64,000 bases of DNA from a virus (Duplodnaviria > Caudoviricetes). This document shows positions 20,601 to 29,792 of this stretch, in pieces. The position numbers were made by a program, and so were the translations under genes. The notes below the pieces were generated by a model. It was not told where the DNA came from. It ran no database searches and worked only from the letters and a program-made list of their open reading frames with translations. The first letter of the stretch is position 1. Every line of letters begins with the position of its first letter. The DNA lies in the IMG/VR virus record IMGVR_UViG_3300032138_000524, positions 1 through 64,000 of that record; one strand, written 5' to 3'.

Positions 20601-22269
20601 TACAGCAGTTGCAGGTACTGGTATATCTGTAAGTGGAGCAACTGGAAATGTAACTATCTCAAGTGCAATTACAGCAGGAGATGGTTTAACATTAAATACT
20701 GCAGACATAGATATAGATGCGGCACAAACAACTATTACTTCAATATTAGCAACAGATTTAAAAATTGGTGAAGATGACCAAACAAAAATAGATTTCGAAA
20801 CTGCAGATACAATTAACTTTTACGCTGGTAATGAAAAACAATTAATCCTTACAGATGGGGCTTTAACTCCAGGATCAAATGCTATTGTAGATTTGGGTAC
20901 AGATTCACTCGAATTTAAAGATGCGTATTTTGATGGTACATTAGAAGCAGATGCTATAACAATTGCTGGAACTGCCTTAAATACAGTTATCGCGGGAGTT
21001 ACTGTAACAAATGCCACAACCGCGGCAGTTGCAACAACAGTTACTATTTCAGATAATGAAAGTACAAACGAAGAAAACGCTATTTTATTTTCAGCAGGTG
21101 CAGATGCTGATGGTGGAAATCTTGGAGTAGAACAAGACCACTCTGGATTAACATATAATCCTTCAACTGGAACTGTAACCGCTACTGGATTTAGTGGAAA
21201 CTTAACAGGAACTCTACAAACTGCAGCACAAGGAAACATAACATCATTAGGTACACTTACAACATTAACAGTAGATGATATTACAATTAATGGTTCTACC
21301 ATTTCAGATGGTGGTGATTTAACAATTGATGCCGAAGGAGATATTACAATAGATGCCAATGGTGCAGATATAATTTTAAAAGATGATGGTACTGCTTTCG
21401 GTAGATTTAAAAGAGATACATCTGATTTTGTAATTAAATCAGAAACAAACGATAAAGATATTCTATTCAAAGGAGTTGATAATACTTCTACTATAACTGC
21501 ACTTACTTTAGATATGTCTGAAGCAGGTGCTGCTACTTTCGGTGGTGGTATTGCAGATGCAGGAACAATAGGTGCAGGTACTTGGCAAGGAACAGATGTT
21601 GCAGTATCACACGGTGGAACAGGAGCCTCAACATTTACAGATGGTGGTGTTCTACTTGGTAGTGGAACAAGTGCTATTACAGCAACTGCAGTATTAGGTA
21701 ATGGGGAACTCTTAATTGGTGATAACAGTACAGACCCAACCGTAGCAACTCTAACTGGAACAGCCAATCAAATAACTGTTACAAATGGTGGTGGTAGTAT
21801 TACACTTTCAACACCACAATCTATAGATACAGGAGCAGATGTAACATTTGGAACGGTAAGAGTAGATGACGCAACAGCTGCTTCAAGTAAAACGACAGGA
21901 GCATTGATAGTTGATGGTGGTGTAGGTGTTGGTTTAGATATTCACGCTGGTGGTGATGTTGTAGCATATGCATCTTCTGATGTAAAACTTAAAGATAATA
22001 TAGAAGTTATAGAAGATTCATTAGATAAAATAAGTGAAATTAGGGGTGTTAAGTTTGATTGGAATGAAGAATCACCTGATTGGGCACAAGAAAGAGGACA
22101 TGATGTTGGAGTTATAGCACAAGAAGTTCAAAAAGTACTTCCCGAAATTGTAACAGAAAGAACAAATGGTTATTTAGGAGTTGATTACAAACGAATCATT
22201 CCATTATTAATTGAGTCAATTAAAGAATTAAAACAAGAGGTAGAAGATCTAAAGAAAAAAGTGAATTAG
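17674..22269 (+). CDS. Long tail fibre with a C-terminal intramolecular chaperone (peptidase S74-like) domain
   Basis: 1531 aa with many VAVxxGGTG repeats; C-terminus SSDVKLKDNI...GVIAQEVQKVLPEIV...VDYKRIIPLLIESIKEL. Confidence 0.85.
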   Translation: MATKNLVPRTGSQGGIGTDTKPWKEAIFSTGSFQLISGSLTPDAKESWDLGTAVRPWREIYVSTSSINFVNPTTDTVIQSFSATSDGFSFGSKGDAIISGSTISGSKLHITGNAFIGGNLTIGDADTDSVSISADLTSNLIPNADATYDLGSTSKGWNDIHLGSGGVINLDGGDVTLTHAAGKVTWGGDGAVEIDFNNHEMTNVDINSGTINGITDLAVADGGTGASTFTDGGILLGSGTDPITVTAVLGDGEILIGDGSGDPTTLDVGASGGITTLGTISTGVWEGTTVAVDQGGTGATSLSNLITLSTHTTGNYVATLTGGTGITSTGATSGEGIAHSISVDASQTQITGVGTVTTGTWNSSLGANTNLAISGSIDAATGSMVGNTNITTLGTIGTGTWEATDVAVAHGGTGVSTLTDGGVLLGSGTGAITAMAVLADSEIIVGDGSGDPVAESGATLRTSIGVGTGDSPQFTAIELGHASNTTIARSGAGDITIEGNHIYRAGGTDVAVADGGTGASSLTDGGVLLGSGTSAVTAMAVLADGEFIVGDGSTDPVAESGATLRTSIGVGTGDSPQFTAVNIGAASDTTLAREGAGDLTVEGNHIYRVGGTDVSVADGGTGASSLTQNGVLIGNGTSAVTAVDLSTDGVIVIGDGSGNPTTLDVGGSGGITILGTIATGTWEGTTIAVDQGGTGATSLSNLITLGTHTTGNYVATVADSGGGGITVANSGAESAAVTLELDINGLTTDTIASGDFIAFSDEGEGGDPANKDTIDDVASLFAGTGLSAASAVISIDAADTTTTSIINSSLGKIGTAADQEYITFGTSNEVNTFINNTERHSVTAAGVDITGALTISGNLTVNGTTSYISSSVLDIGDRIVTLNANNAAGDGGLYVIDTDATETGSLLWDVSADRWIGGLKDSEVNLVTISSTDTLTNKTLTTPTIGNFSNATHTHADSANGGQITLGTGTTGNYVSTAVAGTGISVSGATGNVTISSAITAGDGLTLNTADIDIDAAQTTITSILATDLKIGEDDQTKIDFETADTINFYAGNEKQLILTDGALTPGSNAIVDLGTDSLEFKDAYFDGTLEADAITIAGTALNTVIAGVTVTNATTAAVATTVTISDNESTNEENAILFSAGADADGGNLGVEQDHSGLTYNPSTGTVTATGFSGNLTGTLQTAAQGNITSLGTLTTLTVDDITINGSTISDGGDLTIDAEGDITIDANGADIILKDDGTAFGRFKRDTSDFVIKSETNDKDILFKGVDNTSTITALTLDMSEAGAATFGGGIADAGTIGAGTWQGTDVAVSHGGTGASTFTDGGVLLGSGTSAITATAVLGNGELLIGDNSTDPTVATLTGTANQITVTNGGGSITLSTPQSIDTGADVTFGTVRVDDATAASSKTTGALIVDGGVGVGLDIHAGGDVVAYASSDVKLKDNIEVIEDSLDKISEIRGVKFDWNEESPDWAQERGHDVGVIAQEVQKVLPEIVTERTNGYLGVDYKRIIPLLIESIKELKQEVEDLKKKVN
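18320..19810 (+). repeat. Internal coding repeats of the long tail fibre (312-bp unit plus dispersed copies)
   Basis: GATGGTGGTGTTCTACTTGGTAGTGGAACA at 18931 and 19243 (again near 21640); GCAGTAGATCAAGGTGGAACAGGAGCCACTTCTTTAAGTAATTTAAT identical at 18544 and 19735. Confidence 0.85.
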
Positions 22270-22328
22270 AGATTTTTACTTTATATTTATAGTACAGTTA
22301 TAAACAATAATAACAAGGAGAAAAAGTT

Positions 22329-22634
22329 ATGGCCGATCAAGAGACAAAATTCTCGGAAGAAGAATTGAAATCTTTACAGGAATTACAAAACTCATATCAA
22401 GGAAAACAACTACAATTTGGACAATTAAGAGTTCAGAGATTGTTAGTTCAACAACAACTTGATGCAATTGATGAGACAGAAGCTAAATTAGAAGTTGAAT
22501 ATAGTGAAGTTCAAGAAACTGAACGGAATTTGGTTAAATCATTGAATGAGAAGTATGGACCTGGAAATTTAGATCCAGCAACTGGAGTATTTACTCCAGC
22601 ACCAGCAGCCGAAGAAACTTCAGAAACTGCTTAA
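22329..22634 (+). CDS. Small coiled-coil protein upstream of the tail sheath gene
   Basis: Heptad-rich 101 aa ending EKYGPGNLDPATGVFTP; AAGGAG RBS; ATATTTAT at 22283. Confidence 0.6.
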   Translation: MADQETKFSEEELKSLQELQNSYQGKQLQFGQLRVQRLLVQQQLDAIDETEAKLEVEYSEVQETERNLVKSLNEKYGPGNLDPATGVFTPAPAAEETSETA

Positions 22635-22750
22635 AATAAACTCCCTCAAGTATATCGTTTGGGAAAGTTAGGCTATATTTATAGTAAATATTTATAGTCT
22701 AAAAACGACTAATATAGTTATTTAAATTATAACATAACAGGAGAAAAAAA

Positions 22751-25120
22751 ATGGCAGAAAGAATCGTATCGCCGGGTGTGTTTACGAGAGAACGTGACCT
22801 ATCTTTTCTTCCTCAAGGAATAGCAGAAATTGGAGCAGCAATAATTGGACCAACTATTAAAGGTCCCGCTTTTGTTCCAACTGTAATCAGAAGTTTTCCT
22901 GAGTTTGAAGAAATGTTTGGTTCAACAGACAAACGTTATTATACACCGTATGCGGTAGAACAATATTTAAGGAGTGCAGGATCTGTAACGATAGTTCGTG
23001 TTCTTAATACATCAGGATATTCGGCAGATGCAGTAACACTTTATGTTAGTTCATCTACGAAAGCAAGACAGGATCTAGCAGTATTGTTACCATCACGAGG
23101 TGGTTCAGAAGGAACTGCAGATTTAGAAGGATCGTCTGTTACTGGAAGTTGGAGTTCAGCGACACTTACTTTAAGTGGTAGTAATTGGGGAGCAAAAAGT
23201 CTAACATCATATACATATGCAATATCATTTGATACAGGAAGTGCAAATTATATTGAAAATGTATTTAGTAAAGATGCCCAAGTACAGAAATCTGGTCAAA
23301 ATACTGTAGCAGCATATTTGTATAAAAGTTTCAAATATGCACAAAGTAGCCAGGGATATACTGCAGGAGCAGCAATAACCGCCAGTCATTCGACTCATAA
23401 TTTAGGTGTAACATATGCAAATGCTTCAACACCATACATTCAATCACAATTAATTAATAGTGCACGGTATAACTTGTTTAAAGTTAAAACTCGTTCACAC
23501 GGTAGTGATGTAAATAACAAATTTAAGCTTGTTATTTTGAATGTTAAGGCAGCCGGAGCAATCGCAGGTAGTGATTTCGGTAACTTTTCATTACAGTTAA
23601 GACAAACTGGATTAAATGATAACAATTTAACAAAAGATAACATCTTAGAACAATGGGATGGTTTGAATTTTGATCCAACAAGTCCTAATTATTTTGCAAA
23701 ACGGATTGGTGATAGGTATGTTACTATCGCGAGTGATGGTAAACTTACTTACAATGGTGATTGGCCAAATATGTCTAAACATATTTATGTATCTGATTTT
23801 TCAGCAATTGCTGATTCAGAATCACCAAAGACGATTGTTCCTATGGGACATGCAGCAATTAATAATCCATATGGTAGTGATGATTCATATGTTCCGATGT
23901 GGGTAACTTCATCTCAACAATTGAATGCACAAGGTGAATTTGATTCAAATGAACTTTATGGACATGATTACAGTAATGCAGATACACAAGAATACTTAGC
24001 ACCAAATAATAGTTTTGGAAATGGAGCTAATGTAACTATGAGTTTAGAAAATTCATATGGACATGGGGATGCATCTACTTTGGGTGCTACATACTCTAAT
24101 GCATCAACGAAGATTACTTTAGCTGCATCTCATATTAAACAGAGAAAGTTCGCTGTTCCATTTCAAGGTGGATTTGATAGTGCGAATCCTGCAGGAGCAA
24201 AATATACAGGAGCAAGTATTGTTAATACCAATACACAAGGGTTTGATATTTCAACTTCATCCACTGGTGGTACAACAGCTTACAAAAAAGCAATTAACGC
24301 TATCAGTAACGCTGATGAATTTGATATCAATATGTTAGTAATACCAGGTGTTATTCATGACTTACATCCTAAAGTTACTAATCATGCAATATCTAAGGTA
24401 GAGGCTCGTGGTGATTGTTTTTATGTATTAGATTGTGGAATTCAAGGTGGTACAATTGCAAGTGCAACTTCAGCAATTTCCGCACTTGATACTAACTACG
24501 CAGCAACCTATTATCCTTGGGTAAAGATTGTAGATAGAAATACATCATTACCTGTATGGGTTCCGCCTTCAGTTGTGTTACCTGGTGTAATCGCTTACAC
24601 AGATAAAGTAGCACACGAATGGTTCGCACCAGCTGGTCTGAATCGTGGTGGTTTGACAACGGTATTAGAAGCACAGACAAGATTGACTCATTCTGAAAGG
24701 GATGACCTTTATGAAGATAGAGTTAATCCAATCGCTTCATTCCCAGGTCAAGGTGTGGTTGTTTGGGGACAAAAAACACTCCAAGCAAGACCATCGGCAC
24801 TCGATAGAGTGAATGTTCGTAGATTGTTAATTAAACTTAAAAAGTTTATTGCATCTTCAAGTAGGTATTTAGTATTCGAACAAAATACAGCAGGAACACG
24901 AAATCGTTTTATGAATATCGTGAATCCGTTCTTAGAATCAGTTCAAGCTAATAGTGGTTTATCCGCTTTTAGAGTAGTGATGGATGATACAAATAATACT
25001 GCAGATGTAGTTGATAGAAATCAACTCGTTGGTCAGATATTTATTCAACCAACACGAACAGCTGAATTTATTGTATTAGACTTTATTGTTCAACCTACAG
25101 GAGCATCATTTCCTGAATAA
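22751..25120 (+). CDS. Contractile tail sheath protein (gp18-like)
   Basis: SPGVFTRERD N-terminus; YYPWV, VPPS, WFAPAGLNRG, WGQKTL, DRVNVRRLL, FEQN, IQPTRTAEFI. Confidence 0.97.
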   Translation: MAERIVSPGVFTRERDLSFLPQGIAEIGAAIIGPTIKGPAFVPTVIRSFPEFEEMFGSTDKRYYTPYAVEQYLRSAGSVTIVRVLNTSGYSADAVTLYVSSSTKARQDLAVLLPSRGGSEGTADLEGSSVTGSWSSATLTLSGSNWGAKSLTSYTYAISFDTGSANYIENVFSKDAQVQKSGQNTVAAYLYKSFKYAQSSQGYTAGAAITASHSTHNLGVTYANASTPYIQSQLINSARYNLFKVKTRSHGSDVNNKFKLVILNVKAAGAIAGSDFGNFSLQLRQTGLNDNNLTKDNILEQWDGLNFDPTSPNYFAKRIGDRYVTIASDGKLTYNGDWPNMSKHIYVSDFSAIADSESPKTIVPMGHAAINNPYGSDDSYVPMWVTSSQQLNAQGEFDSNELYGHDYSNADTQEYLAPNNSFGNGANVTMSLENSYGHGDASTLGATYSNASTKITLAASHIKQRKFAVPFQGGFDSANPAGAKYTGASIVNTNTQGFDISTSSTGGTTAYKKAINAISNADEFDINMLVIPGVIHDLHPKVTNHAISKVEARGDCFYVLDCGIQGGTIASATSAISALDTNYAATYYPWVKIVDRNTSLPVWVPPSVVLPGVIAYTDKVAHEWFAPAGLNRGGLTTVLEAQTRLTHSERDDLYEDRVNPIASFPGQGVVVWGQKTLQARPSALDRVNVRRLLIKLKKFIASSSRYLVFEQNTAGTRNRFMNIVNPFLESVQANSGLSAFRVVMDDTNNTADVVDRNQLVGQIFIQPTRTAEFIVLDFIVQPTGASFPE

Positions 25121-25149
25121 ATCTAATTAATAGATTAACTAAACAAAAT

Positions 25150-25175
25150 AACCCCTCTTTTTTGAGGGGTTTTTT
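25150..25175 (+). terminator. Intrinsic terminator after the tail sheath gene
   Basis: AACCCCTC-loop-GAGGGGTT followed by a T run. Confidence 0.85.
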
Positions 25176-25300
25176 GTTGCCCAACATATTTATATATGAA
25201 GATACTATAAAACTTCTAAAAAACTATGAAAAATGAATGTGATGATTTTTTACAAAATTGATATTTATAGTTGAAGAATTAAACTTATTGGAGATTAAAG

Positions 25301-25792
25301 ATGCCAGAACTATTAGATCCTTCTGAAATAATGTTCACACCGTTTGAACCGAAAACTAAAAATCGGTATATCATGTATATTGAGGGAATACCCGCTTACC
25401 TTATTAAGACAGCAAATCGACCTTCAATAGCCTTTGAAACTATTGAACTTGACCACATCAATGTTAAACGATATGTTAAAGGTAAGGGAGCATGGGAAGA
25501 ATTAGAAATTACTTTATATGATCCAGTTGTTCCAAGTGGAGCACAGGCCGTTATGGAATGGGTTAGATTAGCACACGAATCAGTAACAGGCAGAGATGGT
25601 TATACAGACTTTTATAAGAAAGATGTAACTATTAATGTTTTGGGACCCGTTGGTGATAAAGTTGAAGAATGGACATTAAAGGGAACATGGATTGTAAACG
25701 CGAATTTTAATGATTTGGATTGGTCAAACACTACTGATCCTGCAGACATTACACTTACATTAAGATACGATTACGCAATATTACAATTCTAA
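25301..25792 (+). CDS. Tail tube protein (gp19-like)
   Basis: Follows the sheath gene; W-x-x-L-x-ITLYD, AVMEW, YKKD, EEWTLKG, ITLTLRYD motifs. Confidence 0.9.
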   Translation: MPELLDPSEIMFTPFEPKTKNRYIMYIEGIPAYLIKTANRPSIAFETIELDHINVKRYVKGKGAWEELEITLYDPVVPSGAQAVMEWVRLAHESVTGRDGYTDFYKKDVTINVLGPVGDKVEEWTLKGTWIVNANFNDLDWSNTTDPADITLTLRYDYAILQF

Positions 25793-25821
25793 TAATATTT
25801 TAACAATAAAAGGAGTCAATT

Positions 25822-26010
25822 ATGGCAGTCATAGCAGATAAAGCTTGGTGGAAATCAAAAACAATTTGGACATCAGTAATAGCTGGTGTTGTTGGTGTTT
25901 TACAAGCAGCAGGTGTTGTAGAAGCAGTACCTGAAGTTGTTTGGACACTATTAGCATCTTTCGGACTTTATTCCGTTAGGTCAGCAGTTGGTGATTCAGC
26001 CGCTAAGTAA
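25822..26010 (+). CDS. Small two-TM membrane protein (holin-like)
   Basis: WWKSKTIW followed by two hydrophobic segments; AAGGAG RBS. Confidence 0.5.
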   Translation: MAVIADKAWWKSKTIWTSVIAGVVGVLQAAGVVEAVPEVVWTLLASFGLYSVRSAVGDSAAK

Positions 26011-26025
26011 ATAACAAATAATTTA

Positions 26026-26056
26026 AACTGGGGATTTCAATATCCCCAGTTAGTTT
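26026..26056 (+). terminator. Probable intrinsic terminator
   Basis: AACTGGGGAT-ttcaat-ATCCCCAGTT then AGTTTT. Confidence 0.65.
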
Positions 26057-26114
26057 TATAATTGGTTATATTGTATAGGTTACTATTCAATAGAAATTAC
26101 AAAGGAGAAAAAAC

Positions 26115-26885
26115 ATGGCAGAAGAAAAACGCCAATTTCCTACTGAAATGATTAGTTTGCCTTCGAAAGGACATTTGTATTCAAAGGACAATCCATTATC
26201 AAGTGGGGAAGTAGAAGTCAAATACATGACTGCAAGAGAAGAGGATATTTTAACATCTCAAAATTTAATACAAAAAGGAATTGTATTAGATAAACTTTTA
26301 GAATCACTTATTGTTTCTGATATTAATCATGATGATTTATTATTGGGAGATAAAAATGCTATTCTACTTGCAGCCAGAGTACTTGCTTATGGAAAAGAAT
26401 ATGAATTTGAATATACTGATCCAAGTGACGGAGAATCAAAAACAGAATCAGTTGATTTAACTTCCTTTGAAGCTAAAAAGGTAGATACTTCAAAATGGGC
26501 AAAGGGTATAAATGAGCATGAATATAAATTACCAAATTCCAAAAAGGTAATTACTTTTAAACTTGTTACTCAAGGAGATGAGAAGGCAGTAGATTCTCAA
26601 TTGAAAGCATTATCAAAAATTACAAAGGGTGGTATTCAGCCTGAAATTACCACTCGGTTAAAACAACAAATTACGGCTGTGGATGGAAATAGAGAAACAC
26701 AAACCATAAACCAATTTGTTGATAATGAATTATTATCACGAGATACATTTGAATTCAGAAATCATCTTAAAACAATTACTCCAGACATAGATTTGACTAC
26801 CATTATTGAGTTGAATGATGGAACAGAACTGGAGGTGACGGTCCCTGTGACCGTTCAGTTTTTTTGGCCTGACGCCGGAATTTAA
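26115..26885 (+). CDS. Baseplate hub assembly/tail assembly chaperone (T4 gp26-like)
   Basis: ISLPSKG..Y, VKYMTAREEDIL, LLGDKNAILLAAR, ends FFWP; lies between the tube and tape measure genes. Confidence 0.75.
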   Translation: MAEEKRQFPTEMISLPSKGHLYSKDNPLSSGEVEVKYMTAREEDILTSQNLIQKGIVLDKLLESLIVSDINHDDLLLGDKNAILLAARVLAYGKEYEFEYTDPSDGESKTESVDLTSFEAKKVDTSKWAKGINEHEYKLPNSKKVITFKLVTQGDEKAVDSQLKALSKITKGGIQPEITTRLKQQITAVDGNRETQTINQFVDNELLSRDTFEFRNHLKTITPDIDLTTIIELNDGTELEVTVPVTVQFFWPDAGI

Positions 26886-27078
26886 ACCAGAAATACATAG
26901 TCAGATATTTCTACTATGTTATCATACTAAAGGTGGGTTTACATTCGATAATGTATATAATATGCCCGTCTATCTAAGAAAATACTATCTAAAACGCCTT
27001 GAAACTCAATTCAAAGATGAAAAAGACGAATATGAGAAGGCTCAAAAACCGGCTAGACGACCAAATATACGTAAGTAG
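26851..27078 (+). CDS. Start-less downstream ORF, probably expressed as a frameshift fusion with ORF 26115
   Basis: The +1 frame is open from 26851 to 27078 (FFGLTPEFKPEIHSQIFLLCYHTKGGFTFDNVYNMPVYLRKYYLKRLE...) and overlaps a T7 run at 26859-26865. Not in the ORF track. Confidence 0.65.
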   Translation, partial: PFSFFGLTPEFKPEIHSQIFLLCYHTKGGFTFDNVYNMPVYLRKYYLKRLETQFKDEKDEYEKAQKPARRPNIRK

Positions 27079-27137
27079 TTATATATTTTTTTTATTATTA
27101 GATATTTATTAACAATAGGAAAATAGGAGATTTGTGA

Positions 27138-27383
27138 ATGCCTAATTACATAATCAAAGAAGAAAGAATTACAGAATTTATTGGTTCTTTGTTCAAGGCG
27201 ATTGGTAAACGAAAAGGTAAATCTATAGCCAAAAAGTTAGATTCCGATAAGAAATTACAATCATATATTAAACATGCAGAAAAAGCTGCTGATGATATTG
27301 AAAAGCATATCAAAGACAGAAGGAAAAATGATCCTGAATATGATGCGGCCGCCCAAGCCTTTGATGATTTTCTAAAATCCTAA
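27138..27383 (+). CDS. Hypothetical protein
   Basis: 81 aa, AGGAGA RBS, ATATTTAT at 27102. Confidence 0.55.
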   Translation: MPNYIIKEERITEFIGSLFKAIGKRKGKSIAKKLDSDKKLQSYIKHAEKAADDIEKHIKDRRKNDPEYDAAAQAFDDFLKS

Positions 27384-27449
27384 TATACATTACAAATCCC
27401 TATTTTTAATTCTTTCAGTTTTACTTAATCAAGAGATAAGTTAATATAT

Positions 27450-29792
27450 ATGGCAACAAAACAAACTAATAATCTATTATCAGAGGAAAAAAAACTCAAA
27501 GATCAGTTAATCAAAGCTGAAAAGGCATTGAATGCCGAAAGGGAAAAAGGAAAACAAGGAGACAAGGTAAAACTTGCCAGTTTAGATAAAGAATTAGAGA
27601 AAAGACAAGCCGCTGTTGATAAATTCAAATTACAAAATGCCGAGGCAAAAACTTCTTTAGATTTCTCTAAATTATTAATCAAATCAGCTGAAAAACACAA
27701 AAATTTATTGATTAGACAAACGGGTTTAGTCCAAGGCATAACATCAATTTCTAATCAAATTAATCAGTTAGCTAGAAGTAAAGATAAAGTTGATAAAAAA
27801 TTAGTTAAAAATTATCAAGCTTCATTAGATTTAACTCAGTCAATAATGCAAAACACCAAGACAATTGGAACTGATGAATTTCAAAAAGTTAATATTACAG
27901 CACAAATAGTCAAACTTAAAAAATTAGAACAAGAAGCTACAACCAAAACTAAAAAAGATGGGATTACCGCGGCCGTTACAACCTTAGAATTGATGAAAGA
28001 GGCTCAAGATATAATGGAAGCACAACATGAAAGTGCTAAATCTGCTGCTGATTCTATAATGGCACCATTTAAATTTATAACTGATACATTGGGTAATGTA
28101 CCAGTAATAGGTGGTCTTGTGCAAAAAACTCTTGGTTCTCAAGTACAAAATTTAACAGATAGTTTATCAGCCAAAATAGGTTCAGCATTATCAGAAGGAA
28201 TGGAAAAGGCACCTACAGATGTTAAAGGTGATGCCTTCAATAAATTTAGACAAAGTGTTAGTAAAAAGGCAGGTGGAGAAGGTTATAAGAAAGGTGATTG
28301 GGCAAAAGAAAAGAAAAATAGAGAAGATAATGCAAAAATGAGTAAAAAAGATGTAACAGCTGCAAAGATGAGAGGTAAGTTAATGGCCGCGAGTATTGCT
28401 GGACTTGCTGTAGTTGCAGGTTTATGGGCAAAGATAGGTAAATATGCAATGGATACTGGTTTAAGTTTACAACAAGTTGCTTCACTTGGACCCCAATTAT
28501 TAATTAATTCACAAGCAGTAGAAGCATTTGCGGATGAATTTGGAACGGTAGGAGAATTGAGTACTGGACTTGCACTTGATTTAAGAAAACAAAGAGCTTT
28601 ATATGGAGCTCAAGAAAAAGATGTTGCAAAACTTCTAAAATTACAACAAGGAATGACTGGAGCAACTAAGGAACAAATAGTATCTGATTTACCAGGAATG
28701 TATAAAGACGCTAGAAAGGCGGGAGTTTCACCAGCTAAACTTATGGAAAATATGGCAGGTAGTTCTGAATTTCTGGCAAAATATGTTGGTGGTAGTGTTA
28801 AAGAAATGGGAGCATTTGCAATACAAGCTGCAAAGAGTGGAGTAAGTTTACAAGCAATAGAAGCGTCTATGAAGGGGGCATTAGATTGGGAAACTTCAAT
28901 AGGTAAAGAGATGGAAGCTTCTATGTTATTGGGTAGAGAGATTAACTTAGATAGATTTCGTCAATTGAGTTTTGCTGGAGATGCAGAAGGAGCAATGAGT
29001 GAACAACTTAGAATTTTGAAATCTTTTGGACCATTAGAAAATTTAAGAATTGACCAGAAAGAAATGTTAGGTGATTTATTCAATACAGAATTTAGTTCAA
29101 TCGTTTCAATGCAACGAGAACAAGATATATTAAATGACGCAACTTCCAAACAAACTGGTTTTTGGACAGCAGCTAAGGGTTCATTATTAACCTATGGTTC
29201 AACTTTTCTTGGATTTATGCCATCAGTCTTAATGATGGGCAGTCAAATGCAAATAATATTTGGACCAAATAGTGGAATAATAAAAGGTCTTGGGAGTATG
29301 GTAAAGTGGATTAAAAATCTTAATATTGTAACTAAGATAGGTACGTCATTATCATTGGCACATGCATCTGCGAAAGCAGCTATGGCTTCGAGTGGATTTT
29401 TCGCAGCAGCTGCCGCAGGAAGTGGAGTAACATTAGGTTTTGGAACATTGGCTATGGTGGCAATAGCTGCCGCGGCAATAGGTGCTATGGTATCAGGTAT
29501 GGCAAAAGCAAGAAATGCAGTACCAGGTAAAGCAAGTGGTGGTCCAGTTAAAGGTATGAATCCATATATGGTAGGAGAAAGAGGACCTGAATTGTTTATA
29601 CCAGCAACAGGAGGAAATATAGTTCCAAATCATAGAATGGCAGACGGAACTACAGGAGGCAACGAATGGGGTGGTGGTATGCAAGCTTTATTGACAGACA
29701 TTAGGGATGCTACCATAGCTGGTAACGCGGATAGAAAAACAGGAAATAAAGATTTAAAAGGTTCAATCTGGGACGCATCAAGGACACAATAA
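27450..29792 (+). CDS. Tape measure protein
   Basis: Long helical Ala/Lys/Gly-rich protein with hydrophobic segments; C-terminal ASGGPV...YMVGERGPELFIP motif; follows the chaperone genes. Confidence 0.8.
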   Translation: MATKQTNNLLSEEKKLKDQLIKAEKALNAEREKGKQGDKVKLASLDKELEKRQAAVDKFKLQNAEAKTSLDFSKLLIKSAEKHKNLLIRQTGLVQGITSISNQINQLARSKDKVDKKLVKNYQASLDLTQSIMQNTKTIGTDEFQKVNITAQIVKLKKLEQEATTKTKKDGITAAVTTLELMKEAQDIMEAQHESAKSAADSIMAPFKFITDTLGNVPVIGGLVQKTLGSQVQNLTDSLSAKIGSALSEGMEKAPTDVKGDAFNKFRQSVSKKAGGEGYKKGDWAKEKKNREDNAKMSKKDVTAAKMRGKLMAASIAGLAVVAGLWAKIGKYAMDTGLSLQQVASLGPQLLINSQAVEAFADEFGTVGELSTGLALDLRKQRALYGAQEKDVAKLLKLQQGMTGATKEQIVSDLPGMYKDARKAGVSPAKLMENMAGSSEFLAKYVGGSVKEMGAFAIQAAKSGVSLQAIEASMKGALDWETSIGKEMEASMLLGREINLDRFRQLSFAGDAEGAMSEQLRILKSFGPLENLRIDQKEMLGDLFNTEFSSIVSMQREQDILNDATSKQTGFWTAAKGSLLTYGSTFLGFMPSVLMMGSQMQIIFGPNSGIIKGLGSMVKWIKNLNIVTKIGTSLSLAHASAKAAMASSGFFAAAAAGSGVTLGFGTLAMVAIAAAAIGAMVSGMAKARNAVPGKASGGPVKGMNPYMVGERGPELFIPATGGNIVPNHRMADGTTGGNEWGGGMQALLTDIRDATIAGNADRKTGNKDLKGSIWDASRTQ

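Noticed and set aside
15669-21767. Minus-strand ORFs (237 aa, 145 aa, 315 aa and others) opposite the fibre genes
   Set aside because: Shadows of Gly/Thr/Ala/Asp-rich repetitive coding sequence; the + strand genes explain the region.
14737-22269. Diversity-generating retroelement acting on fibre genes
   Set aside because: No reverse transcriptase in the window and no repeat pair differing specifically at adenines; the repeats are in-frame coding duplications.
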